From positions 197,534,001 to 197,598,000 of the forward strand of contig NC_058368.1 of assembly GCF_018350175.1 (NCBI RefSeq): a stretch of DNA of 64,000 bases. The letters run 5' to 3'. This document shows positions 49,643 through 62,963 of the stretch, piece after piece. Positions within the stretch are counted from its first letter, which is position 1. Each line of letters opens with the position of its first letter. This stretch comes from Felis catus (taxonomy: Eukaryota). The notes beneath the pieces were generated by a model that did not search any database, had not been told where the DNA came from, and was given only the letters and a program-made list of their open reading frames with translations. A program made the position numbers and the translations under genes.

Positions 49643-50839
49643 GTGAGAATAGGGATTCTGGCAGTGAGCAAGCTTTTCTGTTTTGGGGTATAATTTCATG
49701 GGCATTTAAAATATCATAGGATCACAAGAGGAAAGGTTCCTGGAGGTCCGATAAGACCAGCCCATCTACCCATTTGATAGATGAGGAAACTGAGACTGAG
49801 ACAAGGCCACAGAGGAAGTGAAAGGAATCAAAGATGATGAGAACTGGAATCAATGATCTGAGAAGTTGCTAGAGAGGAAAGGCAAGAGGTTGATTGAGGA
49901 CCAGTGGGGGGCAACATCAAAAAACAGATTTTACTCAGTAGAAGAAGGCTATTAACCTTCAAAGCTGCTCAGAGATAAAAGGGGTTACCTTGGAAGGTTG
50001 GGCCACCATCCGATGGGGGTGTTTCAAGATCTGAAGGTTGGAACCAGTTAAGAGAGGAGAGCAATGCTGGACCTGATGATCCTCCGAGAACGCTTCCAAT
50101 TTTGAGCCTCCAACATGCTCCAAAGCAGCCAGTCAAACACGGTTGGGATGCTTATCACTCGGCCATTAAGTAATTCACATTTCAGTAAATTCAGTACATT
50201 GCAGATGATTTCAGGAAATTACAGATAATCTTGCTTGTATTTGTGGCTCGCCCATGTTTTAGAGGTGGGAAGATGGTAAAGAGGGGTATTTGGAGTCAAT
50301 CACCATTGCCACTTACTGCCTGTATGCTTTTAGGAAAAATCACTGCTAAAGTCTGTGTCCTCATCTGGAAAACAAGCGGTGGTGTTGACTGAATAAGATA
50401 ATGCGTGTGAAAGTGCTTTGCTAAATTGTTGATATGATTAATAATATTTAGAGATGGAAAATAACAGTGAAACATAGGACCCTGAAGATAAGTCTTCTGT
50501 GTACTGAAACTATTTTTAAAGCTAATGATTTCCCTTCACAGCTAATTCAGAGTGTAACTAGAGCCTCAAATGATTCATGTTTTTTATGTGTGTGCAAACC
50601 AGAGTTAATCCCCATGTTTTCCCTGTGAGGAGTTTTCTCTAGCCGGGAGGGATCTAGGCACATAGGTCACCTTGCAAGAGAGGGATTCTTGTCATAAGCC
50701 AAGGATGGCCAAGGTTTGTTGTGGCAGAAACTCCTTCAAAGTCTTTATAGTTAGGCTGGAATGGAGATGGTTTAATCCAACGTTATTAGCTATGCAACCT
50801 TGGTTAAGTTATTTCAACCCTTTCAAAGGAGGTACCCTT

Positions 50840-51061
50840 GGGGTGCCTGGGTGGCTCAGGTGGTTAAGCATCCGCCTTTGGCCCAGGTCGTGATCTTGTG
50901 GTTTGTGAGTTCGAGCCCCATGTCGGGCTCCGTGCTGACAGCGTGGAGCCTGGAACCTGCTTGGTGTTCTGTGCCTTTCTCTCTCTCTGCCCCTCCCCCA
51001 CTCATGCTCTTTCTCTCTCTCTCCCTCTCTCTCTCAAAAATGGATAAACATTTTTAAAAAA
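50840..51061 (+). mobile_element. Can-SINE
   Basis: Full body; AGGTACCCT flanks both ends. Confidence 0.94.
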
Positions 51062-52879
51062 CTAGGTACCCTCATCTCTAAAACAGAAGGGTATAAGAAT
51101 AGTACGTAGAACATAGCAAAGGTTTAGTAACCATAAGTGGCTATTATTAATAATCCTGATGTTGTTTATTTTATTATTAAAAGTTGGTGCCCAGAAGGAA
51201 GATAGGACCTTGCCCAGGACCACACAGTGAGGGGGTTACTCTGAATGGAACCCAGGCATTTTTCTTTGCAGGTTAGTTCCCTTTTCATGACAGCTGCCTT
51301 ACTTTCCAGCTGAACACAGCAATCCGTGTTCACCGATTCAGCCTATAGAGGCTGCAAGCTACTGATCAAATTCTGCACCCCCCGATCCAACTTCTACTAG
51401 CTTCCACTTGTACATCTACAATCCCAAGTCCTACTCAAATTTGCCAGCTCATCTTACGTCCTGCCACTTCCAAGAAACCGTCCCGTTTGTTGCTCAGAGA
51501 AATATTGGCAACCCCCTACTTAGAAACAGTGATCCTAAAACAAGTACAAGGTCTTTTGCAAGACATGTCACTTCCCCTCTCTGGACTTTTATTTCTCCAT
51601 TTGTAAAATGAGAAGCATGTGAAAGAGTCAATAAACAATTGATTGCAGCCTGGGGGCTGGGTAATCACTAAATGACAGAACAAAAGATGACTTCTGTCAG
51701 CTCCCTGCCTCCAAATATTTCATAAATGACTGCAAGAGGCAGGAGAGAAACAGAGAGTCAAAAGTGAAGTTATATGGACTGTTATAACAGTGTCTGCTTC
51801 CCAAGTAGGAGATTTTTAATCGGGATTTAAATAAATAGGTGGAAAAAATGATTATACCAAGTCCGTGGGGAGTTAGCCAAAGTGGTGTTTGATTTAGGTC
51901 TCCTTAACAGAAAGGGAAGGAGGGAAGAAATGAAGTGCATACAGAGGCTCGGAAGTATCAAGGAATAGAATCACATGGTTAATGATGGCAAAATATTCTG
52001 TGCGCTTGAGAAAATTTGGGGAGAGTGTTGAGGGCAGAGGAGGAAGTGTAGGCAGCTAAAATGGGTCTCCGTCTCCCTCATTAGACTGTTGGCTGTGGAA
52101 GGACAAAGACTTCAGCCATCATATCCTATCTTTTTTTTTCAAACAAATAGGAGATACGTAAAAATATTTCCTGAAAAAAACAAAAGGAAAGATTCCTATG
52201 TCATGAGAATCATATGCCGTGCTATGGGCTTCGGACTTTCTCTTGTACCAAATAAGGGCCCTGAAATGACATAATTACATTAGGTCTCTGGACTAGACGG
52301 CCGCACAAGCAGGACAGAGGACAAGTACAAAAAGAGGGAGACTGGAGATGGGGGTATCTGTTAGGAGGCTATTTCACTCGTTTGGTTAAAAAGGGATAGA
52401 AGTCCGGCAACCAGTGGCAGTAGATGGATGTTGAGAGGAAATCTTAAGGGAAGAATTGCTGGGAATTGGGAACTAGTTGATTGTCGAGACTGAAAGGCAG
52501 GAAGCATCAGGAATTATTGAAATTTCCCTCTTTGGAAGTTGGTGAATGAATTCTGTTTGGCCAGTTGGGTGAAAGGTACCAGTGGATCATCTAGGAGAAT
52601 GTGGCCCCAGGGGCAGCCAGTACTGAAGCCCATTCCGGGTCCCTCTCCGACCTGTTCTGCCTAATGCCAACCTTACCCTGCCATCTTTCTAGTAAATGCT
52701 CCTCGCGTCTTGCCTGCATAGCTGCGGCAGTCTCTAGCTTTTCCATCCACACCCACTCCTTTCTCCTTGCGGTGGCCACATGTCCTCTTTCTGAGACAAA
52801 AGGATCCTCAGGTTATCTCCTCCTTAAAGCACTTCAACAGCTTCTCAGTCCAATGTATCATTTACATGTCCTAGCTAGA

Positions 52880-54385
52880 AACAAGCAAAATCAGTAACAT
52901 ACAAAGAAGCAGGAAAACCGTGACTCTAATTTGAGAATAAAAGGCAATCACGGGAGGCCAACTGTGGAGAGGACCCAAATGTGAGTGTTAGCAGACAAAG
53001 ACTGTAAAGCAGCTATTAGTACCGTGCTCAGGAATGGAAAGTAAAATAATTGTTATAACAAATAAACAAATAAGGAATCTGGAAAAAGCAAAAAAAAAAA
53101 AACAAAAAAAAAACAAAAAACAAAAAACAAACCCTAAAAAACTAGAAATTCTAGAGCAGGAAAAGTAGAATATCTGAAATAAAAAGTTTACTGCGTTGAC
53201 TTAACAGTGAGGGGAGGTGTCAGTGAAATTGAAGATAGAGCAATAGAAAAAAAATCCAATCTGGAGAAAAGAGGAAAAGGCTAAAAATAATTCAGTGTAA
53301 ACTTTGTGACTTGTAGGACCATATAAACAGAGAAAATTATAATTGGCATCCCAGAAAGAAAAGTTGGAGAGAATAGAACAGAAAGAGAAAAAAATCTTTG
53401 AAGAAATAAATTTGGATTCAAGAAGAACAGGAATGCCCAGTAGACGAGATACACACAAAACCATTTCTAGGTCCGTTGTAGTCAAACTGCTGGAAACCAA
53501 AGATAAAATCTGGAAATCCGCCTGAGAAAAATGGCACATTCCATAAGGGAACAACACTGCAAATCATCTCTGACTTCGCATTAGTAATGATGGGTTCCAG
53601 AAGAGTAGTGCTCTATCTTGAAAGTGCTACAAATGAGACAAAGAGACGGACAGACAGACGGACAGAGACAGAGAGGAGAGAGATAGGGAAACAAACTAAA
53701 CTTGCCAAGCTGGACCTCTACATCAGTGAAACATCCTTCAAGAATTAAGGTGAAGTGAAGATATTTTCAGACAAAAGAAAACTAGGGGATTCATCACCTG
53801 TGGACCTACACTCTGCGGAAAGCCGAAGAAGTTCTCCAGGCTGAAGGAAAATGGCCCCAGGGAAATGTGGCTCTTCAGGAAGAAATGAAGAAGGCCAGAA
53901 ATGAGAAGCATTCAGGTAAATATTTTTAAAATTATTTTTCTTCTTATTTTCCTTAAAATCCACATGGTTACTTAAAGCAAATACTGTAACTTTGAACTGT
54001 GGGGTTTCTACCCCTTATATACGTGAGAATCATGACAATTACATGATAAAGGACCAGTGTGTGTGTTGGGGGGGGGGAGGGGTAAATGGATTTTTTGGTT
54101 GCGGGATTCTTTCATTTAATACAAAGGGCTCCATATTAACTCTAAGGAGGTTGAAATGTTAAAATGAATGTCATAATCCCCTAGAGCTGCCACTTTAATA
54201 ATAATAATAATAATAATTAAAGCAAAGAGATACAGCCTAAAAACCATCAGATAAATTAAAGTAGAATTCCAAACGAATATTAAATTCTCCCTAAGAAAAG
54301 CAGGAAAGGAAAAACAGGAGAACAAAGACTACACGGAACAAACGGAAAATAAATGGTAAAGCAACAAGCCTAAACCTCCATCAGC
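52880..54385 (+). mobile_element. Ancient L1M ORF1 / inter-ORF remnant
   Basis: The ORF at 53343-53525 (...KTISRSVVVKLLETKDKIWKSA) resembles L1 ORF1p RHIIVKLLKTKDKEKILKAA; also ttcaagaattaaggtgaagtgaagatattttcagacaaa. Many frameshifts and stops. Confidence 0.75.
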
Positions 54386-55516
54386 ATGTAGGTTCCGTAA
54401 AGGCAGAGACCGTAGGGGTTTTTGTTCCGGGCCTGGGTTTACTGCAGGGATAGGTGGCTGAGTGAGGGATGCCTGCTGTCTGCCCAACGGCCTCTCAGGT
54501 CCCAGGGCCTCCTTGATGACTTCCTGTGATAAATACGACTGACTGTATGTTACCCTCGCTGATACTCTACTCACCGGAAAGTTTTCATCATTTTGGGTTT
54601 GTCTTTTTTTTTTTTTTTTTCCTTGCTCGTAACTCCTTGAAGTGGGTTGGAAGGACACGAGCTGAAAGTTAAACTGGATAACTCTTTATGTTGGAATTGT
54701 ACAAATCCGCTTGTGGAGAAAGGGGAGTCCATTTCTCTGCGTGGAAACGTGGCTGTGTGCAGAGCGTGGCCCGAGGAGGCGCCCACGATTCGCTGGGATC
54801 CTTTGACTTCTTGCCGTGAGACACGGCTATCCAGAAACTGATAACAGGCACTTCCATTATGTGATCAATTTTGAATTTGGGGGGTTTCCAAATGCAGAGA
54901 AACTAGAAAGGTTCCGACCACGTTCAAAGGTTTCAGGTCCTGAGAATGAGAGGCGAGGCACGGGACGCTTTGAGGACCGAAGTATTACACATTTTTCTGA
55001 AATGATATTTAAGTATTAAAACTCAGAGACCGTTTCTGGTACCCCCAAAGCCTTCTTCTTTGGAAAGAGTTTCCACTGAGGATACTGTTTTCCCCACCCA
55101 AAGTGGAAGGTGCTCTAACTGACTAAAACATTTAGCAACTGTTTACTGAATATTGACTGTGACCCCTCTGGATTTGTATTTTTTTTTTCTCAGTTGAAAA
55201 AAGGATGCCTGATTGAGGAACCCACTTTAATAGGAGCCAGATAGAGTAGAAAGAGGGACAGATTGGGAGATAAATAACATCATTATTTACATGATGTCTG
55301 CTTTCTCAAAGGGATTTTGGAGTTCGGTAGGAGGTCTACAGAAATCAGAAAACTTTACTTCAACTCCCACCGCCTCATGCCAGCAGGAGACTCTCAAACC
55401 AACCACATGGCTTCCCCGAGCCTCAGTTTCCTCATCCGTAAAGTGGGGAAGTAGCCTCGCCTTTTCTACACACCTAGGATGAAGGAAGAAGGTAGATATG
55501 AAACAGCAAAGTGCTT

Positions 55517-55741
55517 GGGGAGCCCGGGTGTCTCAGTCGGTTAGGCGACTGACTTTAGCTCGGGTCATGATCTCGCGGTTTGTGAGTTCGAGTCCCGCGT
55601 CGGGCTCTGTGCTGACAGCTCAGAGCCTGGAGCCTGCTTCAGATTCTGTGTCTCCTTCTCTCTCTCTGCCCCTCCCCTGATAGCACTCTGTCTCTCTCTC
55701 TCTCTCAAAAATAAATAAGCATTAAAAAATTTTTTTAAAAA
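55517..55741 (+). mobile_element. Can-SINE
   Basis: 16-bp TSD GAAACAGCAAAGTGCT (55500-55515 and 55742-55757). Confidence 0.96.
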
Positions 55742-55929
55742 GAAACAGCAAAGTGCTCAATAAGTAGAGAATGATTAGAAACAAGAAGAAAAATGTAAAC
55801 AAAAGAATGTATCTTAAATTTGTCTGTCCTTTTACTTTCATGGGGCTTGAAGCAATACTTATTAACTTTCGTGTTCCACTTTGACGTCTTTCACAATGCC
55901 TTTATTAATAATAGTTGCACGTTAAATAG

Positions 55930-57117
55930 CAAACCAGTCAGTAATACGCCCAAATATATAAGAGAGTAAATAGACAATATGGATGGCACTTAAGATCAGT
56001 GGAAAAAGAAGGATTATTCCATCACAGTTTGGGAAGACATAAAATCCGATTCTCTTCTTATTCACATAAATACCATGAGGATAAAACATTTAAATGTAAA
56101 AGTGAAGTATAAAAATACTAAAAGAAAAGATGGCTATATATTTGAAAACTTTTGTTGGGAGTGAGGAAATTCTTTCAAAGCAAGACCCAAAACTTAGCAA
56201 CGATAAAAATAATGATAAATGTACCCATATAAAAATTTAAAACTGCTATGGGGAAAAATAAATTGAGCCTACATAAGAAAGAAAAGAGGCTCCTTTCCCC
56301 CCAATATTAGAGAGTTAACAACAAATGTGGGAGAAAAAGAGTAAAATTGGATAAATGATATAAACAAGCAATTCACAGAAAATAAATCAAATGGCTTCTA
56401 CATTTATTAATATGTTCAATCTCATTTGTAATTAAAGAAATGTAAGTGATGGGGCGCCTGGGTGGCTCAGTCGGTTAAGCGTCCGACTTCAGCCCGGGTC
56501 ACGATCTCTCGGTCTGTGAGTTCGAGCCCCGCGTCGGGCTCTGGGCTGATGGCTCGGAGCCTGGAGCCTGCTTCCGATTCTGTGTCTCCCTCTCTCTCTG
56601 CCCCTCCCCCGTTCATGCTCTGTCTTTCTCTGTCTCAAAAATAAATAAACGTTAAAAAAAATTAAAAAAAAAAAAGAAATGTAAGTGAAAACATTGAAAT
56701 GTCCTTTCTCCACCCCTAAGATTGGCAGATACTGAAAAGAATGGCAATGTAACATAGCCAAGGGTATGTTCGTATGCTGTAAGGTGAGAGTACCGCTTGG
56801 TACAACTTCTTTGAACAGCAGTTTGGCAAAATCTGCCAGACTTCTAAATGGACAGCATCTTTTTGGACAGCAAAGATACTTGTACATGACCGTTTATTAT
56901 AATGCCTCTTTTGGTAGTAGCAAGAAGTTGAAAAAAAAAACCCACCTTAGTTCTCCATTAGCAAAGAAGTACTAAAAAAATTATGGAACATCTGTCCAGT
57001 GGAAAAGCATGAAGCCATACAGGAAGAATGAAGCAGAGCTTTATTGTTGCTCTGAGACATGTTGCTAAATGGCCAGAGCAAAATCCCAAAGAGCATGTAT
57101 GGTATGTGCTCCTTTGT
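55930..57117 (+). mobile_element. Ancient L1ME-like ORF2/3' remnant containing a young Can-SINE (56451-56672)
   Basis: aacaagcaattcacagaa, agattggcagat, ttggtacaacttctttgaacagcagtttggcaa; SINE TSD AAAGAAATGTAAGTGA (56434-56449 and 56673-56688). Confidence 0.8.
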
Positions 57118-57199
57118 AAGAAAGAAAGAAAGAAGGAAAGAAAGAAAGAAGGAAGGAAGGAAGGAAGGAAGGAAGGAAGGAAGGAAGGAAGGAAGGAAA

Positions 57200-57240
<41 letters not shown>

Positions 57241-57298
57241 AGGAAAGAAAGAAAGAAGGAAGGAAGGAAGGAAGGAAGGAAGGAAGGAAGGAAGGAAA

Positions 57299-57347
<49 letters not shown>

Positions 57348-57397
57348 AAAGAAGGAAGGAAGGAAGGAAGGAAGGAAGGAAGGAAGGAAGGAAGGAA

Positions 57398-57451
<54 letters not shown>

Positions 57452-57455
57452 AAAA
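57118..57455. repeat. Compound (GAAA)n/(GGAA)n polypurine microsatellite
   Basis: About 340 bp of pure A/G with three GGAA blocks alternating with GAAA blocks. Confidence 0.97.
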
Positions 57456-57680
57456 TACATTGGCATGTTTATTTTAGTATTCTCAAAAGAATTAAAAGAT
57501 AACTGCTTGGCAGATGTTTTTCAACGGATGCATTGGATTAATGGATTCATTCACTTGCTCTGATCCATAACATAACAGGATCTGGTTACCTATAAGGAAG
57601 CCATAGTTTTCAAGGTTTGAGCCTCCCCTTGGAGTCCCTCCTCACCTGTTTCTAACGTGCTCAGAAGAAAACATATTCAT

Positions 57681-57737
57681 GCACACACACACACACACAC
57701 GCACACATGCACACACACACACACACACACACACACG
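57681..57737. repeat. Imperfect (CA)n microsatellite
   Basis: Directly visible. Confidence 0.93.
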
Positions 57738-57876
57738 TGTTTCTCTTTAAGTAAAACCACTAGGGAAAATATCTTAGTGAACTACTTCAAATAACAAATA
57801 ACAATCCATGTAAACTTCTAGCAGTCAAGACTTTTCAAGTTATGAGTGACAAAAGCGAAGAGTTAAACTATTTTAT

Positions 57877-58109
57877 TTTTTAATTTTTTCTTTTTAATTT
57901 TTTTTTCAACGTTTATTTATTTTTGGGACAGAGAGAGACAGAGCATGAATGGGGGAGGGGCAGAGAGAGAGGGAGACACAGAATCGGAAACAAGCTCCAG
58001 GCTCTGAGCCATCAGCCCAGAGCCCGACGCGGGGCTCGAACCCACGGACCGCGAGATCGTGACCTGGCTGAAGTCGGACGCTTAACCGACTGCGCCACCC
58101 AGGCGCCCC
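57877..58109 (-). mobile_element. Young felid Can-SINE (SINEC_Fc-type)
   Basis: 17-bp TSD GAGTTAAACTATTTTAT (57860-57876 and 58110-58126). Confidence 0.97.
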
Positions 58110-58984
58110 GAGTTAAACTATTTTATACAGAAAAGGACACTTATTAGGTCTTTCTTCAAGCACACCCATACTGAGGGTCTCAGATGATGTCATCAAGACA
58201 GGGCTTTTCTCCTCTCTGTCAACACTCTAGGTTTTCACGTGGTGATTTCATCTTTTCCAAACGTAGTGGCCATCTTTCATCTGCAGAGCAATAAAGCAGT
58301 AAACACATTCAGGTTCACATTTTTTTCTGCTCCTTGAACCTAGAGGGTAAAGTAAACTTTCACCTGTTCCAAAGCAGAAAATCCCAGGGGAGGCCTTGGT
58401 TTGGCCCAGCTAAGGTTACATGCACTCCTGCGAAATTGTCACCATGGTCAACCGATAGGATGCTACGTGCGTCAGGGCCTGGCTGACCCATTGTGCTGAT
58501 GCTGAAGGAAGTACCAGGTCTACTGGGACTAGTGGGCCCACCAGAATCACATCATTCAAATCTAGTCTTACAATGTCTCCATTCAAAGTGGACCCGTTGC
58601 ACATTTTTCAGCGCTGCCGATCAGGGTACGGCCCACTCCTTATAGATACAGCATGACAAATCTGACTCACAATTCTTTCATATTTGGAAGCTCCCCCCCC
58701 CAAAAAAAAAGAAACAGAAATCACTATGTGTTGGTACACAAAGACAAGACATCACCTTTCTTTTCTCTCTTAACAGCTTTTTCCTTATACAAGCTAAAAA
58801 TCAAAAACAGTGGAGCTTTGATTCAACCCAAGCAAGTAGGTAGGGCTTTCAACGGAGGTGCCTATTTGGCAATGAGGTCATTAGGAGAGGGATCATAGCT
58901 GGCAGGCTTTCTGTTATGTACTCGGCACCTAGTACACAGAGTGGAATACAGCAGTTTCTCAGTAAATATTTGTGAAGCAGGGAT

Positions 58985-59075
58985 GGAAGAAGGAAAGGAA
59001 GGAAGGAAGGAAGGAAGGAAGGAAGGAAGGAAGGAAGGAAGGAAGGAAGGAAAGACGGAAGGAATAGAGGAAGGG
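58985..59075. repeat. (GGAA)n microsatellite following an L2-like 3' end
   Basis: ctcagtaaatatttgtgaa directly precedes the GGAA run. Confidence 0.85.
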
Positions 59076-60423
59076 AGTTGATTAGTAACACACTGGGTTA
59101 GATCCTTAAAGTACCAGATGTAAGTATGCCCAAGGAAGAGCTTTTGACTCCAAGGTGAACGTTTTGGAGATTCATGGAAAGTCTTATTAAGTAACAAAAA
59201 TGCAAAGAATAAAATCATTTATCTTAGTAGAGATTAATAAGAGTTAAGACCCAAGAAGAAAGAAAAGTGCACCTTATGTATTTATCTTACCAAGCATTTG
59301 GTTTCTTAAGACAATTTATTTCATTTTTAGTGGTTATGATATTTTAGCAAATACACATATGTACCCGCTCTATAAAACATGTTATTCTCAGTCTTGGTTA
59401 CCTGCTCCTTCAAGAACTCTCTTCGCCTGGACGTTAAAGCCCAAAGGCAAGGCATCCCTGCTTACCTTACTCATTGCTAAAGTACCCAAGAGGGAATTCT
59501 GAGACTTTTGAGGGCAGAGCTTGAGGTTGAAATAGCAGATTACATTAGCAGACAGCATACAATTTGAAGGCTACTGGGAGTTTGACTTGTCTGGTCTCCC
59601 ACGAGCCTCAGATTTCTCCTCACAGATTTTCTATTTGCATTGTTGCAAAACTTTTGTTCCATGAAGTTCTGTGATGTCATTTGGCTCTCACTTGATGTGA
59701 ACACATCACTTAGTTATTAAGACAGCCTGTGTCTTTGTTTTTCACTTGCCGTCATAGCTAAGTGGCATCACTTGGGGTCAGTCTGCTTATAAACAGAACG
59801 GATACAGACCCAGAAATTTCCTCAGGTCATTATGCTGGTGACCTAAGTATTAAAAATGTTCGCGTGATCATAAAACTAAAATGAAAAAGTATAACATCAT
59901 CATAGGATGCCCAAGAATTTGTGGATCCCTGAGACTCTACTGAGAAGCACTAGCTCTGTAGAAAGGTTTGCTGTGCCTACAGTCTCTTTCTAAGTGAGCT
60001 GCTTTTTCTAAGCCTCTGCCACGTAAGTGGTCATGTCCTGTGCCTTATCACCCATCGGCCTTTCCCCATCCCCACCCTTTGGCCACTGCGGGGTGGGTCA
60101 GGAAGGAAGGGTGCACTTGAGCCAAGGGTATGCAATCCACTGGCTGGTCAGTAGCCAGAAATTTTTAGACCGCATAAAGAGGAGTTGGCTACATTTCCTC
60201 TCTCACTTCTGTCCCTGAAACATGGAGACAAGTTGCCAGTTAACAACACGCGCAGAAATGCAGAAAGGTGATGCTGAACGGGGTCTAGGGCACCTCTGTG
60301 GGCCGCAAGCCAAGTGACATTATGGGAAAGCGGATACCATAAGCATTTTGAATTTGAATTTCAGTTGCGTGTATCAATCAATCCCAGCACAAGTTAGGTT
60401 AAGCAAAACAAAAAAAAGGAATA

Positions 60424-60560
60424 AGGAGGAGGAGGAGGAGGAGAAGGAGAAGGAGGAGGAGGAGGAGGAGGAGGAGGAGAAAGAGGAGAAGGAGAAGGAG
60501 GAGGAGGAGGAGGAGGAAGAGGAGGAGGAGGAGGAGGAGGAGGAGGAGGAGGAGGAGGAA
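60424..60560. repeat. (GAG)n trinucleotide repeat with AAG interruptions
   Basis: Directly visible; source of the poly-Glu and poly-Ser ORFs. Confidence 0.95.
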
Positions 60561-60657
60561 AGAAAATGTAACTGCTTCAAGATTTGAAAGCCAATCATTT
60601 CACCCAGACTGAGTCTCTCTTTCTGGTGGTTCTCATCTGATGGTAAGAAGCAAAGTA

Positions 60658-60781
60658 GGGGCGCCTGGGTGGCTCAGTCGGTCAAGCAACTGACTCTTGA
60701 TTGCGGCTCAGATCACAATCTCATGGTCATGAGATCGAGCCCCAAGTCAGGCTCCATGCTGAGTGTGCAGCCTGCTTAAGA

Positions 60782-60818
<37 letters not shown>

Positions 60819-60885
60819 CTTCTGCCCTTCCCCCACTTGATGCTTGCTCGTGCTCTCTCTCTCTCTCTCTCTCTCTCAAAAACCA
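60658..60885 (+). mobile_element. Older Can-SINE
   Basis: ggggcgcctgggtggctcagtcggtcaagc..., two (CT)n runs, short A-tail. Confidence 0.92.
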
Positions 60886-62258
60886 AAGGGGGAGGTAGAC
60901 ACATCTCTCCACCAACCAAAAGAAGCTTTCTCACATCTCATTAACCTTAACCAAGTACAGGCCTGTCCCTGAAGTAATTTGCGGGACCTGAAGAGTCTAG
61001 TGTCCTGATTCACATTTCCCGTCCCGAGAGTGACAAATGGCGCTGTCAGATCCTGCCAAAGCACACGGACCGAGAACGGGGGAGGGTGCTCCCCGGAGGA
61101 GAATTAGGAGAAGGGTAAAGGGACGTTTGGCAGCAACATGGCTTTGCTGCTACATTACAGCTTCTTTGTAAGATGCTTATAATAATCCTGCTCGGCCCAC
61201 CACTCAAGGGTGCTGTGAAAATAGAAAAGAAGCAGTGGGTGTAAACGTTTCTAAACTACAAAGTTCACGCAGCATGCAGCGGTGTTGTTGAAAGGAGTTG
61301 GTACCTTCCCTCGGCAAGTACACAAGCCTAATGGAGCTGAGTGAGCAGTGTCCACCCTTCCGACTGCAGCTTCAAGGTTCCTGGGGCCACTTCCCCTCGC
61401 AGGATTCAAGGGTATTCCCCTTATTTTATTTTGGGCAGCGCACATAGTTCACAAAATGCAAATATTTCTCTTTTACTGACGGTCGCTGCTAGAGCTCTGT
61501 GGAGTCGTTAACTTTAATTAGGAAGCCTTTTTCACTTCACAGCTTCGAAGGCACGTACCACTTGCCATTTTACTGGGAACTGGGAAATAAGAGATGGTCG
61601 TAGCTCAAAAGGGAGGGGCCCTCTGAGGCAGCAGCCCCCCTCTGCATGCTAAAGGCTGCCCTGACTTTGAAATGCATGTGATTCAAACAACCGAAGAACA
61701 CTGCATTCTTTGTACGCCTACTTTGGGACAGTGCACAGTGTGAAACAAGAGTTGTTGGAGGTAGATCGGTGTTTGGATAAGCGGGCCTCAGGAGGGATGA
61801 TCGGTGGCGAGAGGGGAGCCCAGAGATATCTCTCATGTGGCAACAAAAATAGTGAAACAACAGGGACTACTTGCTGGGTTTCTTTGATGTGAAAACTGAG
61901 CCCAGAGATGCCTGAAAGAGGCTGAAAGTTTAAGCGTAGATGGAAAGATTCCGATGGGGCTTTGAGTATAAGTTGGAAGCATGTGGGTGAACTTCCTGGA
62001 TTTATAGCACTGTGTTGAATACAAATCCCATCCTCAATCCTAGGCATATTCAATATACGCTTCGGGCCATGTTTTCTTTTTACTCTGTGTCAATAAAAGG
62101 GCTATGGAATTTGTTATTAGGTAGCATTTAGAGAAAGATGGCTTGGAAATACAGTAATTCTTGTAAAATCTGCAGGCCAGTCTAGCACAGAGAGCCTTTG
62201 TGTGGATAACAAAATGGCGCCCGCTCCAAGTAGACCAAGAGCAAGAAGGTGCTTTCTA

Positions 62259-62411
62259 GGGGCTCCTGGGTGGCTCAGTTGGTTAAGCGCCTGACTCTAG
62301 ATTTCGGCTCGCAGCATGATCTCACAGTTTGTGAGTTTAAGTCCCGCATCGGGGTCTGCACGGACAGTCCGCACGGGATTCTCTCTCCTTCTCTTTCTGC
62401 CCCTCCTGCCG

Positions 62412-62449
<38 letters not shown>

Positions 62450-62497
62450 TGTATCTCTCTCTTAAAGCAAATAAATAAACTTAAAAAAAAAAAAAAA
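62259..62497 (+). mobile_element. Can-SINE
   Basis: 17-bp TSD CAAGAAGGTGCTTTCTA (62242-62258 and 62498-62514). Confidence 0.95.
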
Positions 62498-62754
62498 CAA
62501 GAAGGTGCTTTCTATGGTCTAATTCAGTGCTTTACTGAGGCCCATCAATGGCCTTGGCACAACCTGTTGGCTGGGGTCCCCTGGTGCAGACACACACTAT
62601 ATATTCCCAGTACATTCTAGTCTGCCTTAACTCTGGGTGGCAACCCGACAGCCTACAAATCCTAGGTTGTCTGAATTGAGGGGAATAAGGACAAAAGAAT
62701 CATATTCGTTGTTTTAGTCAGCATTTTGGGGTCACCTCCTTTGAGCAGAGATTC

Positions 62755-62963
62755 CTTTTTTGTTTTTAGGGTTTTTTTAATGTTCACTTAATTTTGAGAG
62801 AGAGAGAGAGAGAGAGAGAGTGAGTGGAGGAGGCCAGAGAGCGAGGGAGACACAGAATCCGAAGCAGGCTCCAGGCACAGAGCCCGACGCGGGGCTTGAA
62901 CTCGTGAGATCGTGCCCTGAGCCAAAGTCAGAGGCTCAACCGACTGAGCCACCCAGGCGCCCC
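62755..62963 (-). mobile_element. Can-SINE with small internal deletions
   Basis: 13-bp TSD TGAGCAGAGATTC (62742-62754 and 62964-62976). Confidence 0.94.

Noticed and set aside
57028..57502. Lys/Glu/Arg-rich ORFs
   Set aside because: Translation of the GAAA/GGAA microsatellite.
60348..60598. Poly-Glu and poly-Ser ORFs
   Set aside because: Translation of a (GAG)n repeat with no coding context.
6257..62620. Recurrent similar short ORFs (e.g. SSSPASGSVLTAQSLEPASDSVSPSLS, ERQSMNGGGAEREGDTESETGSRL)
   Set aside because: Translations of Can-SINE copies, not a gene family or repeat-spacer array.
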